Source of the DNA: Cellulosilyticaceae bacterium
GTDB taxonomy: Bacteria; Bacillota; Clostridia; Lachnospirales; Cellulosilyticaceae
Length of the DNA: 64,000 nt
Direction: 5' to 3'
Assembly: GCA_036655715.1 (NCBI GenBank)
Contig: JAVVPO010000004.1
Location: 2,660 to 66,659, forward strand
Below the pieces are notes generated by a model that worked only from the letters and a program-made list of their open reading frames with translations, made no database searches and was not told the origin of the DNA. The position numbers and the translations under genes were made by a program. This document shows, piece after piece, positions 1-9,828 of this stretch (position 1 is its first letter; every line of letters starts with the position of its first letter).

Positions 1-2724
1 ACTTTAAATACCACACCTGTCGTAGCTGGAGGTCCTATACAATATACCGTTACAACAAGCAATCTAGGCCCATCTACTGCTCAAAACGTTGTCTTATCTC
101 ATGCTGTACCTGCTAGTATCCAAAATCCTCAGTATAGCACAGATGGCGGCGTAACTTGGCAGCCATGGACTGGTAGTTTACCTCTAGGCTCTATTAATCC
201 TGGTAACAACCAAACGATTCTTATCAAAGGCACTGTTTCTCCAACTGCAACCGGCACTTTAACAACAACAGCTAGCGCTAGTAGTCCAACACCTGACCCT
301 AATTTATCCAACAATACGGCTATTAGTACTGCTCCTATTACCACTTCAGCTAATCTTTCTATTACAAAGATTGGCTCACCTAACCCAGTAGAAGCAGGTG
401 CACCTATTGTTTATACCGTGACACTTACTAACGCAGGGCCTTCTGATGCATTAGAGACAGTGGTTACAGATACTTTATCAAGTCTTCTCCTCAATCCGCA
501 GTATAGCCTTGATAATGGTACGACTTGGTCTCCATGGATAGGTACTGTATCAACGGGTACCGTTGCGGCTAAGACTTCAAAAACTATCCTTATCAAAGCA
601 ATCGTTTCATCCGATGCCACTGGTGGTCTAAAAAATACTGCTACAGTTGCAAGTACAACGCCTAATCCTAACCCTGGTAATACTACTGCGACTACCTCTA
701 ATCTTGTAAGTAACGTGCAAGTAGTCAAAACATCTACTAGAACAGGTGTAGCCGTAGGTGATACAGTAACTTATCTCCTTAAAGTCATCAACAAGGGCGA
801 AGTCACTGCTGAGCAAGTCATCCTATCAGATCCTTTACCACCTGAAGTAGCCTATGCTGATAACTTACACATCAATGGGGCTGCTGCAAGTGGAAATATT
901 ACTCAAGGTATTACGCTTGGTAATATAGCTCCAAACACCACAGTTACTGTTGCTTTTGATGTTAAGGTGCTAGCTGTTCCTACAGATAAAACGATTGATA
1001 ATCAGGCTATCGCTAAATTTAGTTACCGCAAAGACCCAACATCACCTGCTATGTCAGGTCAAGTAACTAGCCCAGTTAATCAAATAACTGTTTATAATCC
1101 AAGTTTAACTGTTACCAAAGTATCTGATGCTACAGCTGTTGCAGTAGGTGACACTTTTATTTATACCATTACTGCGCAAAACTCTGGCGATATCATCCTT
1201 AACAAAGTGGTTGTAACAGATGCTCTTCCAGCTGGTTTTGTCGTTCAATCTATCCAAGTAGATGACAAAACTGTATCTGGGAATATCCAAACAGGTCTTG
1301 ACATCGGCACTTTAAACATTGGTCAAACACGTACTATCCTCTTGACTATCCTACTCACCTCAGATGCTGCTATCAAACACTTTGATAATACCGTTAAGGT
1401 GATAGGTCTTGCCCCTGTAGATCCTAAACAACCAGCTGAACCTGTTGAAGGCGATGCTACTGATAAGCCTGGTATAGATCTTTATGATCCAAATCTAGTC
1501 CTTGTTAAATCAGCTGATAAACACTATGCAGTAGTAGGTGATATCATCACTTACACTGTTACGGCTACGAATAAAGGTAGCAACACACTTAACAATCTTG
1601 ATTTAGATCAAGTTATCCTTCACGACTTATTACCAAGTGAACTTGTCTTTGAATCTGGAAGCATCACACTAGATAGTGTATCTCTACCTGATGCAAGTAT
1701 CCTAACTGGTGTTAATTTAGGTACACTCCTTGTTAATCAAACTAAAACACTTACTTTCAAAGCTCAAGTAGTAAGTGCTACTACGCTTCCTGTTAATAAT
1801 GCTGTAACAGGTGAGTATCAGTATCTTTTACCAGGTAGACAGCCACAAACACAATCTTCTAAGAGTAACACCTTCCAGCTTTCTATTAAAACAGCTGATC
1901 TAGCAGTTAATAAGTCATCTCATTCAGAATCTGTAAATCTTGGTGATACGATAACTTATACCCTAATCATTACTAATGCTGGTACACTTGATGCCTCTAA
2001 TGTACTTGTTCAAGATCATTTACCTGCTCAAGTTACCTTAGTTCCTAGAAGTGTTACCCTCAATGGTGTAACCCTAAACGGCGTGTCACTTAGCAGTGGT
2101 ATAACTATTCCTCACATCGCAGTTGGTGAGACAGTAACTATCACTTATCAGGTACGTGTCACTGGTAGCAACTGTAGTAGTGTACTTGTTAACCAAGCCA
2201 GTGTAACCTTCACTTACCACTTACCTGATGGCTCAAAGGGTACTAAAACTGAATCTAATCCAAGTGCCTCTACTACAGTAGACCTACAGATTAATCAGTT
2301 CAAACAAATGAGTATTGAATCTTATCTTGCTATACCAACAGCTAAGCCAGATATAGAAGCTATTAGCTCAACCTCTGCAACCATCGATATTCTAGCTACT
2401 CATGTTATCGCTACACCTGTTAGCAAAAATATAGAAGGTCAACAATTAACAGGTTACAAAGCTATCGTTAAAGGCATACTCCATTTAGTTATTGTCTATA
2501 CTGCTCTAGATGCTGAGCAAAGTGTCCACTCTGCTCACTATAGCATTCCATTTAGTACCTTCGTTATTTTACCTTTCAATTACCAAGTAGGTTCAAAACT
2601 AGAATCAACTGGCGAGGTAGAAGATATTTACTACAACGCAGTTGATACACGTAACTTCTTTGTTAATATCACTACACTTATCAATCTCAAAGCTTTAGGC
2701 TGCTTAACTTGCTTAACTTGTTAA
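1..2724 (+). CDS. Large DUF11-repeat (conserved repeat domain) surface protein with its 5' end outside the window; C-terminal DUF3794/SPOCS-like module
   Basis: Frame 1 is open from base 1, with no stop before the GTG at 418 used by the ORF track, so the 768-aa ORF is only the tail of a longer protein. It contains repeated ~110-130 aa units with the pattern V.K...V..GD.ItYtl.v.N.G...a..V.l.D.LP. The last ~150 aa (KPDIEAI...VKGILHLVIVY...YSIPFSTF) fit the DUF3794 pattern. Stop TAA at 2722-2724. Confidence 0.7.
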   Translation, partial: TLNTTPVVAGGPIQYTVTTSNLGPSTAQNVVLSHAVPASIQNPQYSTDGGVTWQPWTGSLPLGSINPGNNQTILIKGTVSPTATGTLTTTASASSPTPDPNLSNNTAISTAPITTSANLSITKIGSPNPVEAGAPIVYTVTLTNAGPSDALETVVTDTLSSLLLNPQYSLDNGTTWSPWIGTVSTGTVAAKTSKTILIKAIVSSDATGGLKNTATVASTTPNPNPGNTTATTSNLVSNVQVVKTSTRTGVAVGDTVTYLLKVINKGEVTAEQVILSDPLPPEVAYADNLHINGAAASGNITQGITLGNIAPNTTVTVAFDVKVLAVPTDKTIDNQAIAKFSYRKDPTSPAMSGQVTSPVNQITVYNPSLTVTKVSDATAVAVGDTFIYTITAQNSGDIILNKVVVTDALPAGFVVQSIQVDDKTVSGNIQTGLDIGTLNIGQTRTILLTILLTSDAAIKHFDNTVKVIGLAPVDPKQPAEPVEGDATDKPGIDLYDPNLVLVKSADKHYAVVGDIITYTVTATNKGSNTLNNLDLDQVILHDLLPSELVFESGSITLDSVSLPDASILTGVNLGTLLVNQTKTLTFKAQVVSATTLPVNNAVTGEYQYLLPGRQPQTQSSKSNTFQLSIKTADLAVNKSSHSESVNLGDTITYTLIITNAGTLDASNVLVQDHLPAQVTLVPRSVTLNGVTLNGVSLSSGITIPHIAVGETVTITYQVRVTGSNCSSVLVNQASVTFTYHLPDGSKGTKTESNPSASTTVDLQINQFKQMSIESYLAIPTAKPDIEAISSTSATIDILATHVIATPVSKNIEGQQLTGYKAIVKGILHLVIVYTALDAEQSVHSAHYSIPFSTFVILPFNYQVGSKLESTGEVEDIYYNAVDTRNFFVNITTLINLKALGCLTCLTC

Positions 2725-2761
2725 TGTCGTCAACAGCTAGGTTTAGTCATTAACTCAAAGC

Positions 2762-2802
2762 AAAAAAATTCCCGAGATTACTGAAAATCTCGGGAATTTT
2801 TT
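2762..2802. terminator. Bidirectional rho-independent terminator between convergent genes
   Basis: 11-bp perfect stem ttcccgagatt (2769-2779) / aatctcgggaa (2786-2796) with a 6-nt loop. An A-run lies upstream and a T-run downstream. Confidence 0.8.
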
Positions 2803-2808
2803 ATTTAT

Positions 2809-4359
2809 CTATTTACTATAAGCTCTATCATATGCTGCTTGGTGAGCAGCTAATATTTCTGATGCGCCTAACTCTTGTGCTTTTTTAAGGAATCCATCGA
2901 ATGATGCTTCAATATCTTCACTTCCAAGTACCCATTTTTGAATCATTTCTTCTGTGTATGATTTTAATGCTGGTTCTTTTTTACTGATAAGCTCTAATTC
3001 TTCTGATGTATAGCTTAATCCTAAGTTTGCTACGATATTTAAGAATGGGTTTGCTTGCATGTACGCATCAATACCTGCTAAAGCAGTTTCATTTGTCCAT
3101 TGTCTTTCATATTCAAAGTCTTGTGGGTATCCAATTTGAATATATCCAAGCTCTTGTAATTGATCATTAACTGGTGTATCACCATTTAATATTTCTTCCT
3201 TGAATACTGGCTTACCTTCTACTAAGTCATATGTTTGTCCTTCAATACCGAAGTTCATAAGTCTTGAACCTTCTTCTGAGAACATGTAATCAAATAATTT
3301 AATTGCTGCTACTGGATCTTTGCAATCTTTTGATAAACTCCATCCCCACTCTGAAATTTGTGTTCTTGAGTATTGAGTCATAACATCTCCATTTATATTT
3401 GCTGGAGGTACTACCGCTACCCACTCAAGTCCTTCGATTTGCTCTTCATATTTCCCTTGGTACTGTGCTGTTGATGCTGCCCAGTCCACTGTTGATGCAC
3501 CAATATTTTGTTGGAACATTACGTCTCTTGTATCTTTACCTCTTGTGTAGATCTCTGGATCGATAAGACCTTCAGCATAAAGTCTAGTTACATTTTTAAC
3601 TGACTCTTTAAATGCCGGAGTATATCTATCATCTATTACTTTACTGTCTACTACATATGGTAAAAATGATGAGCCATAAAGGTTAAATACAGCTCCGATA
3701 CCTGTTTTGTTCTCTCTATCGAAGAATCCAATTTCATCTTTTTTACCATTGCCGTTAGCATCTTGTTCTCTGAATGTTTTTATTGCATTTTCATATTCTG
3801 CTACAGTTGTAGGAACTTCTAGATTAAATTTGTCTAACCAATCTTTTCTCATGAATAATACTTCTGATACTTCTCCATCTGGAAGGTATGGAATGAAGTA
3901 AAGATGTCCATCTGTTCCTGTTGCTGCTGCTTTTACTGTTGGGTTTTCATCTAAGTGTTTTTGAAGATTTGGAGCATGCTCTGCAATTAAATCTTCAAGA
4001 GGTTGTACTAATTTATCTCCACTTTTCATGATATTAGCTTTTGAAGCATGGATAATATCTGGAATATCTCCTGATGCTAACATAAGATTGAACTGCTCAT
4101 TTGAATCTCCACCTGGAGTTGTTGGTGCTGCACCTTTTAATGTAACACCTGTATTAGCTTGAATTTGTTGCCAAATTGGTGAATCTGATTTAAATACTCT
4201 TAAACCATCATAGTAGAAGAAGTCTAAAGTTACATCTTTCTTCTCATCTGTTGCTCCTTGAGTCGTACCTTCTGTTTTAGGTTCGCTTGATGAACATCCT
4301 GTTAATACCATAACTCCCGCTAAAGCTAGTGCCATTGTACATTTCATTTTAAGTTTCAT
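2809..4359 (-). CDS. ABC transporter extracellular solute-binding lipoprotein (family 1, LplA/LipO-like), paralog 1
   Basis: 516 aa. The N-terminus MKLKMKCTMALALAGVMVLTGCSSS is a lipoprotein signal with lipobox LTGC. SD AAAGGAG lies upstream of the ATG. About 70-80 percent identical by eye to the ORFs at 8196-9761 and 9829-11403. Confidence 0.85.
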   Translation of the reverse strand: MKLKMKCTMALALAGVMVLTGCSSSEPKTEGTTQGATDEKKDVTLDFFYYDGLRVFKSDSPIWQQIQANTGVTLKGAAPTTPGGDSNEQFNLMLASGDIPDIIHASKANIMKSGDKLVQPLEDLIAEHAPNLQKHLDENPTVKAAATGTDGHLYFIPYLPDGEVSEVLFMRKDWLDKFNLEVPTTVAEYENAIKTFREQDANGNGKKDEIGFFDRENKTGIGAVFNLYGSSFLPYVVDSKVIDDRYTPAFKESVKNVTRLYAEGLIDPEIYTRGKDTRDVMFQQNIGASTVDWAASTAQYQGKYEEQIEGLEWVAVVPPANINGDVMTQYSRTQISEWGWSLSKDCKDPVAAIKLFDYMFSEEGSRLMNFGIEGQTYDLVEGKPVFKEEILNGDTPVNDQLQELGYIQIGYPQDFEYERQWTNETALAGIDAYMQANPFLNIVANLGLSYTSEELELISKKEPALKSYTEEMIQKWVLGSEDIEASFDGFLKKAQELGASEILAAHQAAYDRAYSK

Positions 4360-4469
4360 TAGTACTTTCTCCTTTATGTCTCATTCATTAGTTATGCGGA
4401 AAGATGTTCTAATCATCTTTACCTCTCGTCTTCTCTACTATAATTCATTTTGCACTAATTATCTATATT

Positions 4470-4499
4470 CATTTATTAAGAAAGTGTACAAAACAACAT
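4470..4499 (-). promoter_or_regulatory. Conserved bipartite upstream motif of the SBP genes (copy A)
   Basis: Plus strand catttatta-N6-tgtacaaaacaacat, lying 111-140 nt upstream of the SBP1 start. The same two blocks with the same 6-nt spacing recur at 11528-11557 upstream of SBP3. Confidence 0.35.
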
Positions 4500-4565
4500 A
4501 TTCCCCACCCTTTTCGCATCATTTATTATTAGTATCAAACTATTCTATTATACCTTTTATACAAA

Positions 4566-5609
4566 TTATGCTTTTAGGGGTATTACCATATTCCATGTAG
4601 TTGTTGCTTTCTCAAACCCACCCGGGCCATCTGCTGTAGCAAAAAACATATGTGTTGCCTTTCCATCTTCAAATAAAATAAAGGGTCTCTCCAAACTTCC
4701 CATAACTTCTGTTTTTCCATCATCCCATTTTATTGTTCTGGAATAAGATTGTACCTGTTTTTGTATTTCCCAATCTACTCCATTTTTAGAATAAGCATAA
4801 GCACCACCATGTTCTTCCCCACATATATCTCCGAACATATCTTTTGCAATCATATGGTATCCTTCTTCAGCTTTCCATATAAATGGATCTTCTAGTACAA
4901 ACTCTTCTTCTTCAAAAAGGGGCCTTTCAGAAATTTGCTCAAACTCTAGTTTTTTCACATCTCCTTTTGCTATTCCTAGCTGCATCTTACCATGTAAAAA
5001 ACCATTTATCGGTGTATCAAGATACGGCCTTGATTTATAAATCATGATGACATTTCCATGTTCATCTACACATGGACTTGGGTTAGAAACAAATAAATTA
5101 TCAAAATGATTCACCCTCGGTTCAAGTATTGGTTTATCAAATCTCTTCCATGGGCCTAAAATACTTTTAGACGTTGCTACTCCTATGCGTTTATTCGTAC
5201 GAGCTACTACGACTCTTGGATCCCCAAACTTTAACTGCTCACCCTTTTCTACATCTAGAAATGGATGGGTTGTTCCTATATAATATAAATAGTAAGTATC
5301 CTTAAACTTTGTAATTACTGGATTATGCGTAGATCTTCCATCCCAATATTTAGCCCCTCGGCTTTCCAAGATAACTTCTTGAAACGCATAAGGTCCTTCT
5401 GGCGTATCAGATACAGCTCTTACTATTTCTGAATTAGTGAGCCATGTAGGATGCATCGGGTTTGAGTTATCCCATCTTGATGCAAACATATGATATTTCC
5501 CATCTTCTCCTTTGATGACAGAGCTACACCAAACCCAGTAGCCCTCCATTCTAAATCCACCATTTCTTACTGCTGGTTCCATCTTTTCCATTAAATCTAT
5601 TGTTTTCAT
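4566..5609 (-). CDS. Putative five-bladed beta-propeller glycoside hydrolase (GH43/GH117-like), cytoplasmic
   Basis: 347 aa with SD GGGAGA and no signal peptide. Blocks YWVWCSSVIKGEDGKYHMFASRW, STHNPVI and EDPFIWK plus repeated blade-like segments suggest this fold. The family assignment is by eye only. Confidence 0.45.
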   Translation of the reverse strand: MKTIDLMEKMEPAVRNGGFRMEGYWVWCSSVIKGEDGKYHMFASRWDNSNPMHPTWLTNSEIVRAVSDTPEGPYAFQEVILESRGAKYWDGRSTHNPVITKFKDTYYLYYIGTTHPFLDVEKGEQLKFGDPRVVVARTNKRIGVATSKSILGPWKRFDKPILEPRVNHFDNLFVSNPSPCVDEHGNVIMIYKSRPYLDTPINGFLHGKMQLGIAKGDVKKLEFEQISERPLFEEEEFVLEDPFIWKAEEGYHMIAKDMFGDICGEEHGGAYAYSKNGVDWEIQKQVQSYSRTIKWDDGKTEVMGSLERPFILFEDGKATHMFFATADGPGGFEKATTTWNMVIPLKA

Positions 5610-5632
5610 ATGTATCTCCCTGGATTTTTCTA

Positions 5633-8119
5633 TTAAAAGTTTATTTTCATACTCTTTGGCTTGCCTATATCATGTCCTTTTGGCATTTGGATACAAACTA
5701 ATCTTTTGGTTTTTTCTTTTAGTGTAAGTTCTATCTCCACTTGCTCAATTTGTGTATTTTGAGTCGGATCACATACTGTTAAGTCATACCCTCCTTGCTG
5801 CTTTTCTAACATTATTACTAATTTATGTGAGGCTTTAATCATCCATTTTTCAGTCTCATAACTACTATTATCTTCATAGAATATGATTTGGAGTATGTCT
5901 TCAGATTGTGTTCCTACTATTTGTGTATAAGTATTGTTCTCTATTATTTTTACTGGATTTTCTTTTATATATACTTTGGGTTCTTGTTCTCCTAAGTACA
6001 TCCAATAGGCATACTTATTATCTATAATTCCTTTACCATGTTCTATTCCTATCTGTAATACCTTTAGTGGATCATATTTAACCTCTGGCTTATTCATATT
6101 GAGTTTATCTAGATAGGTCTGCTTGCCTCCTATCCATTCTAAATACCCCCCTAGGTTACTCTCTTTTTCTTCTACTTTATTCTTCACATTAAGTTTGTCC
6201 CATACAGGTATTCTTTCTTCACAATTTATAGTTATTTTTCCATTTGTATACCGAGATACTACGCCATATAAAATTCCTTTTTGTTTAAAGTAGTACGTTT
6301 CTTCCTCTTCATCCTTTACATCTATTACTAGAGTATTCCCCTCCATCGTTTCTCGTATCAGGTCTACTCCATCACCACTATCTTTGTAGCAATCCACTTC
6401 TTGATCCCATTTGGTTTGATTAATAGAGGTCCATACTGAACGATCTAATTCAGGGCACTTATCAGTTATTCCTGCTCCCAAGCATACCATAGTATCTTCT
6501 ATAATAAAGTAACTCTTATTTGCCCTAATACCAAAGAGGGCTTTATTGAAATCTTTTTCTACTCCTACTCCTACAGCTTCTCCTCTTTTGTTTTTATTCT
6601 TTTCATAGATAAATCCAGCTACTCCATTTTTCCCTTTACCTATACCTCCTGCAAAGTTATGTATGCTACTATAGCCTTTCCAATTATTCTCTGGTACAAT
6701 CTCATCCATCTGTATATATCTTCCTGTAACTCCAGGTAGTAAACTCAGTTCCCAAGCTCCCATAGTTTCTTGATATTCATCCCCATCTTTAACAACCACA
6801 TAGGAACCATCTGCCATAAAGAAATTCATCGTATCAGCCATAACAGCTGCACATTCTACACCATCACATCGACTAGAAGCCATATTAATATAAATGTAGT
6901 ATGGTAATACTTTCTTTATCAAGCTATCATTATTCCAAAAATATCTCGTTCCTCTATAATCACCTTCTGGATATTCTAACATCTTTATATCCATTCGCTG
7001 TTCATAAAGTCTCTCCAGCTCCTCTTTTTGCCCATCCTCTAACAAATAATCCATATTCTCTAGTATACTAGGTACACACTCTGCTGCTAAACAAGATACT
7101 TTCATATCCCCTTTATAAGAAAAAATCATACGAGATTGCATCGGTGCATATTTCCCTCTGTAATGACTCCAGCTACTGCCTTTAATAAAATGAAGTAGAC
7201 AATTTATATTTATCTCCCTTAGCTCTTCTTGCCATGGTGTTCCTTTTAATATCCCCATAAATTCCATTCCTTTAGTTATTGCATCTATAGGATATCCTTC
7301 ATTATAAGCTTGTCTTCCATGTCCCCACCCAAATCCATCTGCACATATTCCTTCACTCCAAAAAGACTCCATGCTGTCATTAGCAGAAGTTTCTGTAAAG
7401 ATGTTTTTAATAATATAGCAAACTGTATCCATCATCTCCACTGATTGCAGTATGATAGCCGTATAAAAAATAGGTCTATAACTTATAGCATTGCCACCAA
7501 CCCACCATGCATGTCCCCTAAATCGCTCTGGACTTATAGGATGCTTATCTGTATGATTACCTCTTAAAGGTAATAACCATGCTTGCATCATACATTTCAT
7601 TAATTGGCTATAGACTTCTTTTGTTAACTCACTCTCGCATTTATCCTCCTCTACCTCTATCATTTCCTTATAGAAAATATTATACAAGTTAACTGCTGCG
7701 CCAGGTATTGCAAATATAGAGCTATGGAATCTATTATTATACAAATCCGTCCTACTAGTTTCTTGCTCAAGATAATAACTTATAGCCTTGAACAATTTTT
7801 CTTTCGATTGAGTATCTATGTTAAATGATTCTGATAGGATGACAAGTCGCTGTATGATATGTACCAAATTTTCTATACTCTCTTCTATGTCTACAAATCT
7901 TCCTTCTGGATTAAGACACTCCATAGTGTTATTGAACTTAAAAACTTCTTTATACTGATTACGTAAGATTATTTGCCCTGCTAAGTTTTCTCTTATTTTT
8001 TTTAATGTCTTTTTCTTTTCTATCCATACTTCTTCTGTATTTCTCTTTAACACGTGTGTACACTCTGGACAGTTATACGCACTTTCCCATAATTCTTGCT
8101 TTACTATTTTTTCTTTCAT
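5633..8119 (-). CDS. Polysaccharide lyase family 8-like protein (chondroitin AC / hyaluronate / xanthan lyase superfamily), cytoplasmic
   Basis: 828 aa with no signal peptide. Blocks HAWWVGGNAISYRP, ADGFGWGHGRQAYNEGYP and SSRCDGVECAAVMADTMNFFMADGSY..DEY...WELSLLPGVT resemble the PL8 signatures WW..IG.P, DGS..QH...Y.G.YG, S.R..ES.N.EN..Y..DG and W.W..LPG.T. Confidence 0.55.
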   Translation of the reverse strand: MKEKIVKQELWESAYNCPECTHVLKRNTEEVWIEKKKTLKKIRENLAGQIILRNQYKEVFKFNNTMECLNPEGRFVDIEESIENLVHIIQRLVILSESFNIDTQSKEKLFKAISYYLEQETSRTDLYNNRFHSSIFAIPGAAVNLYNIFYKEMIEVEEDKCESELTKEVYSQLMKCMMQAWLLPLRGNHTDKHPISPERFRGHAWWVGGNAISYRPIFYTAIILQSVEMMDTVCYIIKNIFTETSANDSMESFWSEGICADGFGWGHGRQAYNEGYPIDAITKGMEFMGILKGTPWQEELREININCLLHFIKGSSWSHYRGKYAPMQSRMIFSYKGDMKVSCLAAECVPSILENMDYLLEDGQKEELERLYEQRMDIKMLEYPEGDYRGTRYFWNNDSLIKKVLPYYIYINMASSRCDGVECAAVMADTMNFFMADGSYVVVKDGDEYQETMGAWELSLLPGVTGRYIQMDEIVPENNWKGYSSIHNFAGGIGKGKNGVAGFIYEKNKNKRGEAVGVGVEKDFNKALFGIRANKSYFIIEDTMVCLGAGITDKCPELDRSVWTSINQTKWDQEVDCYKDSGDGVDLIRETMEGNTLVIDVKDEEEETYYFKQKGILYGVVSRYTNGKITINCEERIPVWDKLNVKNKVEEKESNLGGYLEWIGGKQTYLDKLNMNKPEVKYDPLKVLQIGIEHGKGIIDNKYAYWMYLGEQEPKVYIKENPVKIIENNTYTQIVGTQSEDILQIIFYEDNSSYETEKWMIKASHKLVIMLEKQQGGYDLTVCDPTQNTQIEQVEIELTLKEKTKRLVCIQMPKGHDIGKPKSMKINF

Positions 8120-8145
8120 GTTATGCCCTCTTATTATTTAGTAAA

Positions 8146-8182
8146 ATAGGGCTACTCCTAATGTTATTAGAAATAGCCCTAT
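8146..8182 (-). terminator. Hairpin between SBP2 and the lyase gene (possible partial terminator or mRNA stabiliser)
   Basis: 9-bp perfect stem atagggcta (8146-8154) / tagccctat (8174-8182) with a 19-nt loop. On the minus strand it is followed by TTTTAC. Confidence 0.45.
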
Positions 8183-8195
8183 TTTATTTTATTTA

Positions 8196-9761
8196 TTATT
8201 TGTAAGCTCTATCGTATGCAGCTTGGTACGCTGCTAAAATTTCTTGTGCCCCTAATTCATTTGCTTTTTTAAGGTATCCATCAAATGAAGCATCTATATC
8301 TTCACTTCCAAGTACCCATTTTTGAACCATTTCTGATGTATATGATTTTAATGCTGGCTCTTTTTTACTAATAAGTTCTAATTCTTCTGGTGTTTGTACT
8401 AAACCTAAGTTAATTACCATTTCAACAAATGGGTTAGCTTCCATATAAAGGTCAATACCTTTAAGTGCTGCTTCATTTGTCCATTGTCTTTCATACTCAA
8501 AGTCTTGTGGATATCCAACTGAAATATATCCTAGCTCTTTCATTTGATCCGCTACTGGTGTTTCACCATTTAATACTTCATCTTTGAATACTGGTTTACC
8601 GTCTACTATATCATATGTTTGTCCTTCGATACCGAAGTTCATTGTTCTAGCACCTTCTTCTGAGAACATATAATCAAATAGTTTAATAGCTGCTACTGGA
8701 TCTTTACAGTCTTTTGATACACTCCATCCCCAATCAGAGATTTGAGTTCTTGAATATTGTGTTCTTGATTTTCCATCTACAGCATTTGGAGGTAAAATAG
8801 CTGCAAAATCTAACCCTTCAATTTCACCTGCATATGTATCTTGGTATTTCGCTGTTGATGCTGCCCAGTCTGTTGTTGATGCACCAATGTTTTGTTGGAA
8901 CATTACATCTCTTGTATCTTTACCTCTTGTATAGATTTCTGGGTCAATTAATCCCTCTGCATAAATTCTAGCTACATTTTTTACTGCTTCTTTAAATTCT
9001 GGTTGGTATTTATCATCTTTTACAATACCCTCTTCTACATAAGGATTGAACATTGCTCCATAAAGGTTGAATACTGCTGCAATTCCTGTTTTGTTCTCTC
9101 TATCAAAGTATCCAATCTCATCTTTTTTACCATTTCCGTTTGCATCTTGCTCTCTGAATGTTCTAAGTGCATTTTCATACTCTTCTACAGTTGTAGGAAT
9201 AGCAAGGTTGAATTTATCTAACCAGTCTTTTCTAATAAACATGACTTCTGATACTTCTCCATCTGGAAGGTATGGAATGAAGTAGATATGTCCATCTGTT
9301 CCTGTTGCAGCTGCTTTTATTGATGGATTTTCATCTAAAACTTTTTGAAGATTTGGAGCATGCTCTGCGATTAAATCTTCAAGTGGTTGCACTAATTTAT
9401 CTCCATTTTTCATAATGTTTGCTTTTGAAGCATGGATTACATCTGGAATATCTCCTGATGCTAACATCAGGTTGAACTGCTCATTTGCATCTCCACCTGG
9501 TGTTGTAGGTGCTACACCTTTTAATGTTAAGTTTGTATCTTGTTGTATTTTTTGCCAGATTGGTGAATCTGATTTAAATACACTTCCTCCATCGTAGAAG
9601 AAGAAGTCTAAAGTAACAGCTTCTGCAGTCTCTTCTTTTTTGTCTGTTGCTTCTGTTTTTGTTGTTTCTGTTTTAGGTGCTTCATTAGAAGATGAGCATC
9701 CTGTTAATACCATAATTCCTGCTAATGCTAAAGCTAGTGTACATTTCATTTTTAATTTCAT
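8196..9761 (-). CDS. ABC transporter extracellular solute-binding lipoprotein, paralog 2
   Basis: Signal and lipobox MKLKMKCTLALALAGIMVLTGCSSS. I prefer the ATG at 9761, with SD AAAGGGGA 7 nt upstream, over the ORF-track ATG at 9767, which abuts the SD. Confidence 0.85.
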   Translation of the reverse strand: MKLKMKCTLALALAGIMVLTGCSSSNEAPKTETTKTEATDKKEETAEAVTLDFFFYDGGSVFKSDSPIWQKIQQDTNLTLKGVAPTTPGGDANEQFNLMLASGDIPDVIHASKANIMKNGDKLVQPLEDLIAEHAPNLQKVLDENPSIKAAATGTDGHIYFIPYLPDGEVSEVMFIRKDWLDKFNLAIPTTVEEYENALRTFREQDANGNGKKDEIGYFDRENKTGIAAVFNLYGAMFNPYVEEGIVKDDKYQPEFKEAVKNVARIYAEGLIDPEIYTRGKDTRDVMFQQNIGASTTDWAASTAKYQDTYAGEIEGLDFAAILPPNAVDGKSRTQYSRTQISDWGWSVSKDCKDPVAAIKLFDYMFSEEGARTMNFGIEGQTYDIVDGKPVFKDEVLNGETPVADQMKELGYISVGYPQDFEYERQWTNEAALKGIDLYMEANPFVEMVINLGLVQTPEELELISKKEPALKSYTSEMVQKWVLGSEDIDASFDGYLKKANELGAQEILAAYQAAYDRAYK

Positions 9762-9828
9762 TGTCATTCCCCTTTAGTTTATGTTTTTTTATAACTTTTA
9801 AAATTTATATTTAAATTTAAATAGTTTC

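Noticed and set aside
129-816. Minus-strand ORFs (129-344, 411-728, 628-816) inside the DUF11 gene
   Set aside because: They are antisense shadows of a long repeat-rich gene, with no ribosome-binding sites. The sense frame has clear domain signatures.
3707-3901. Plus-strand ORFs conserved between 3707-3901 and 9067-9285 (..SLSK.PISSFLP.P.ASCSLNV..AFSYS.TVVG..RLNLSNQSFL...TSDTSPSGRYGMK)
   Set aside because: They are antisense to paralogous SBP genes, so their conservation simply mirrors the sense-strand paralogy. They have no SD and their composition is low-complexity.
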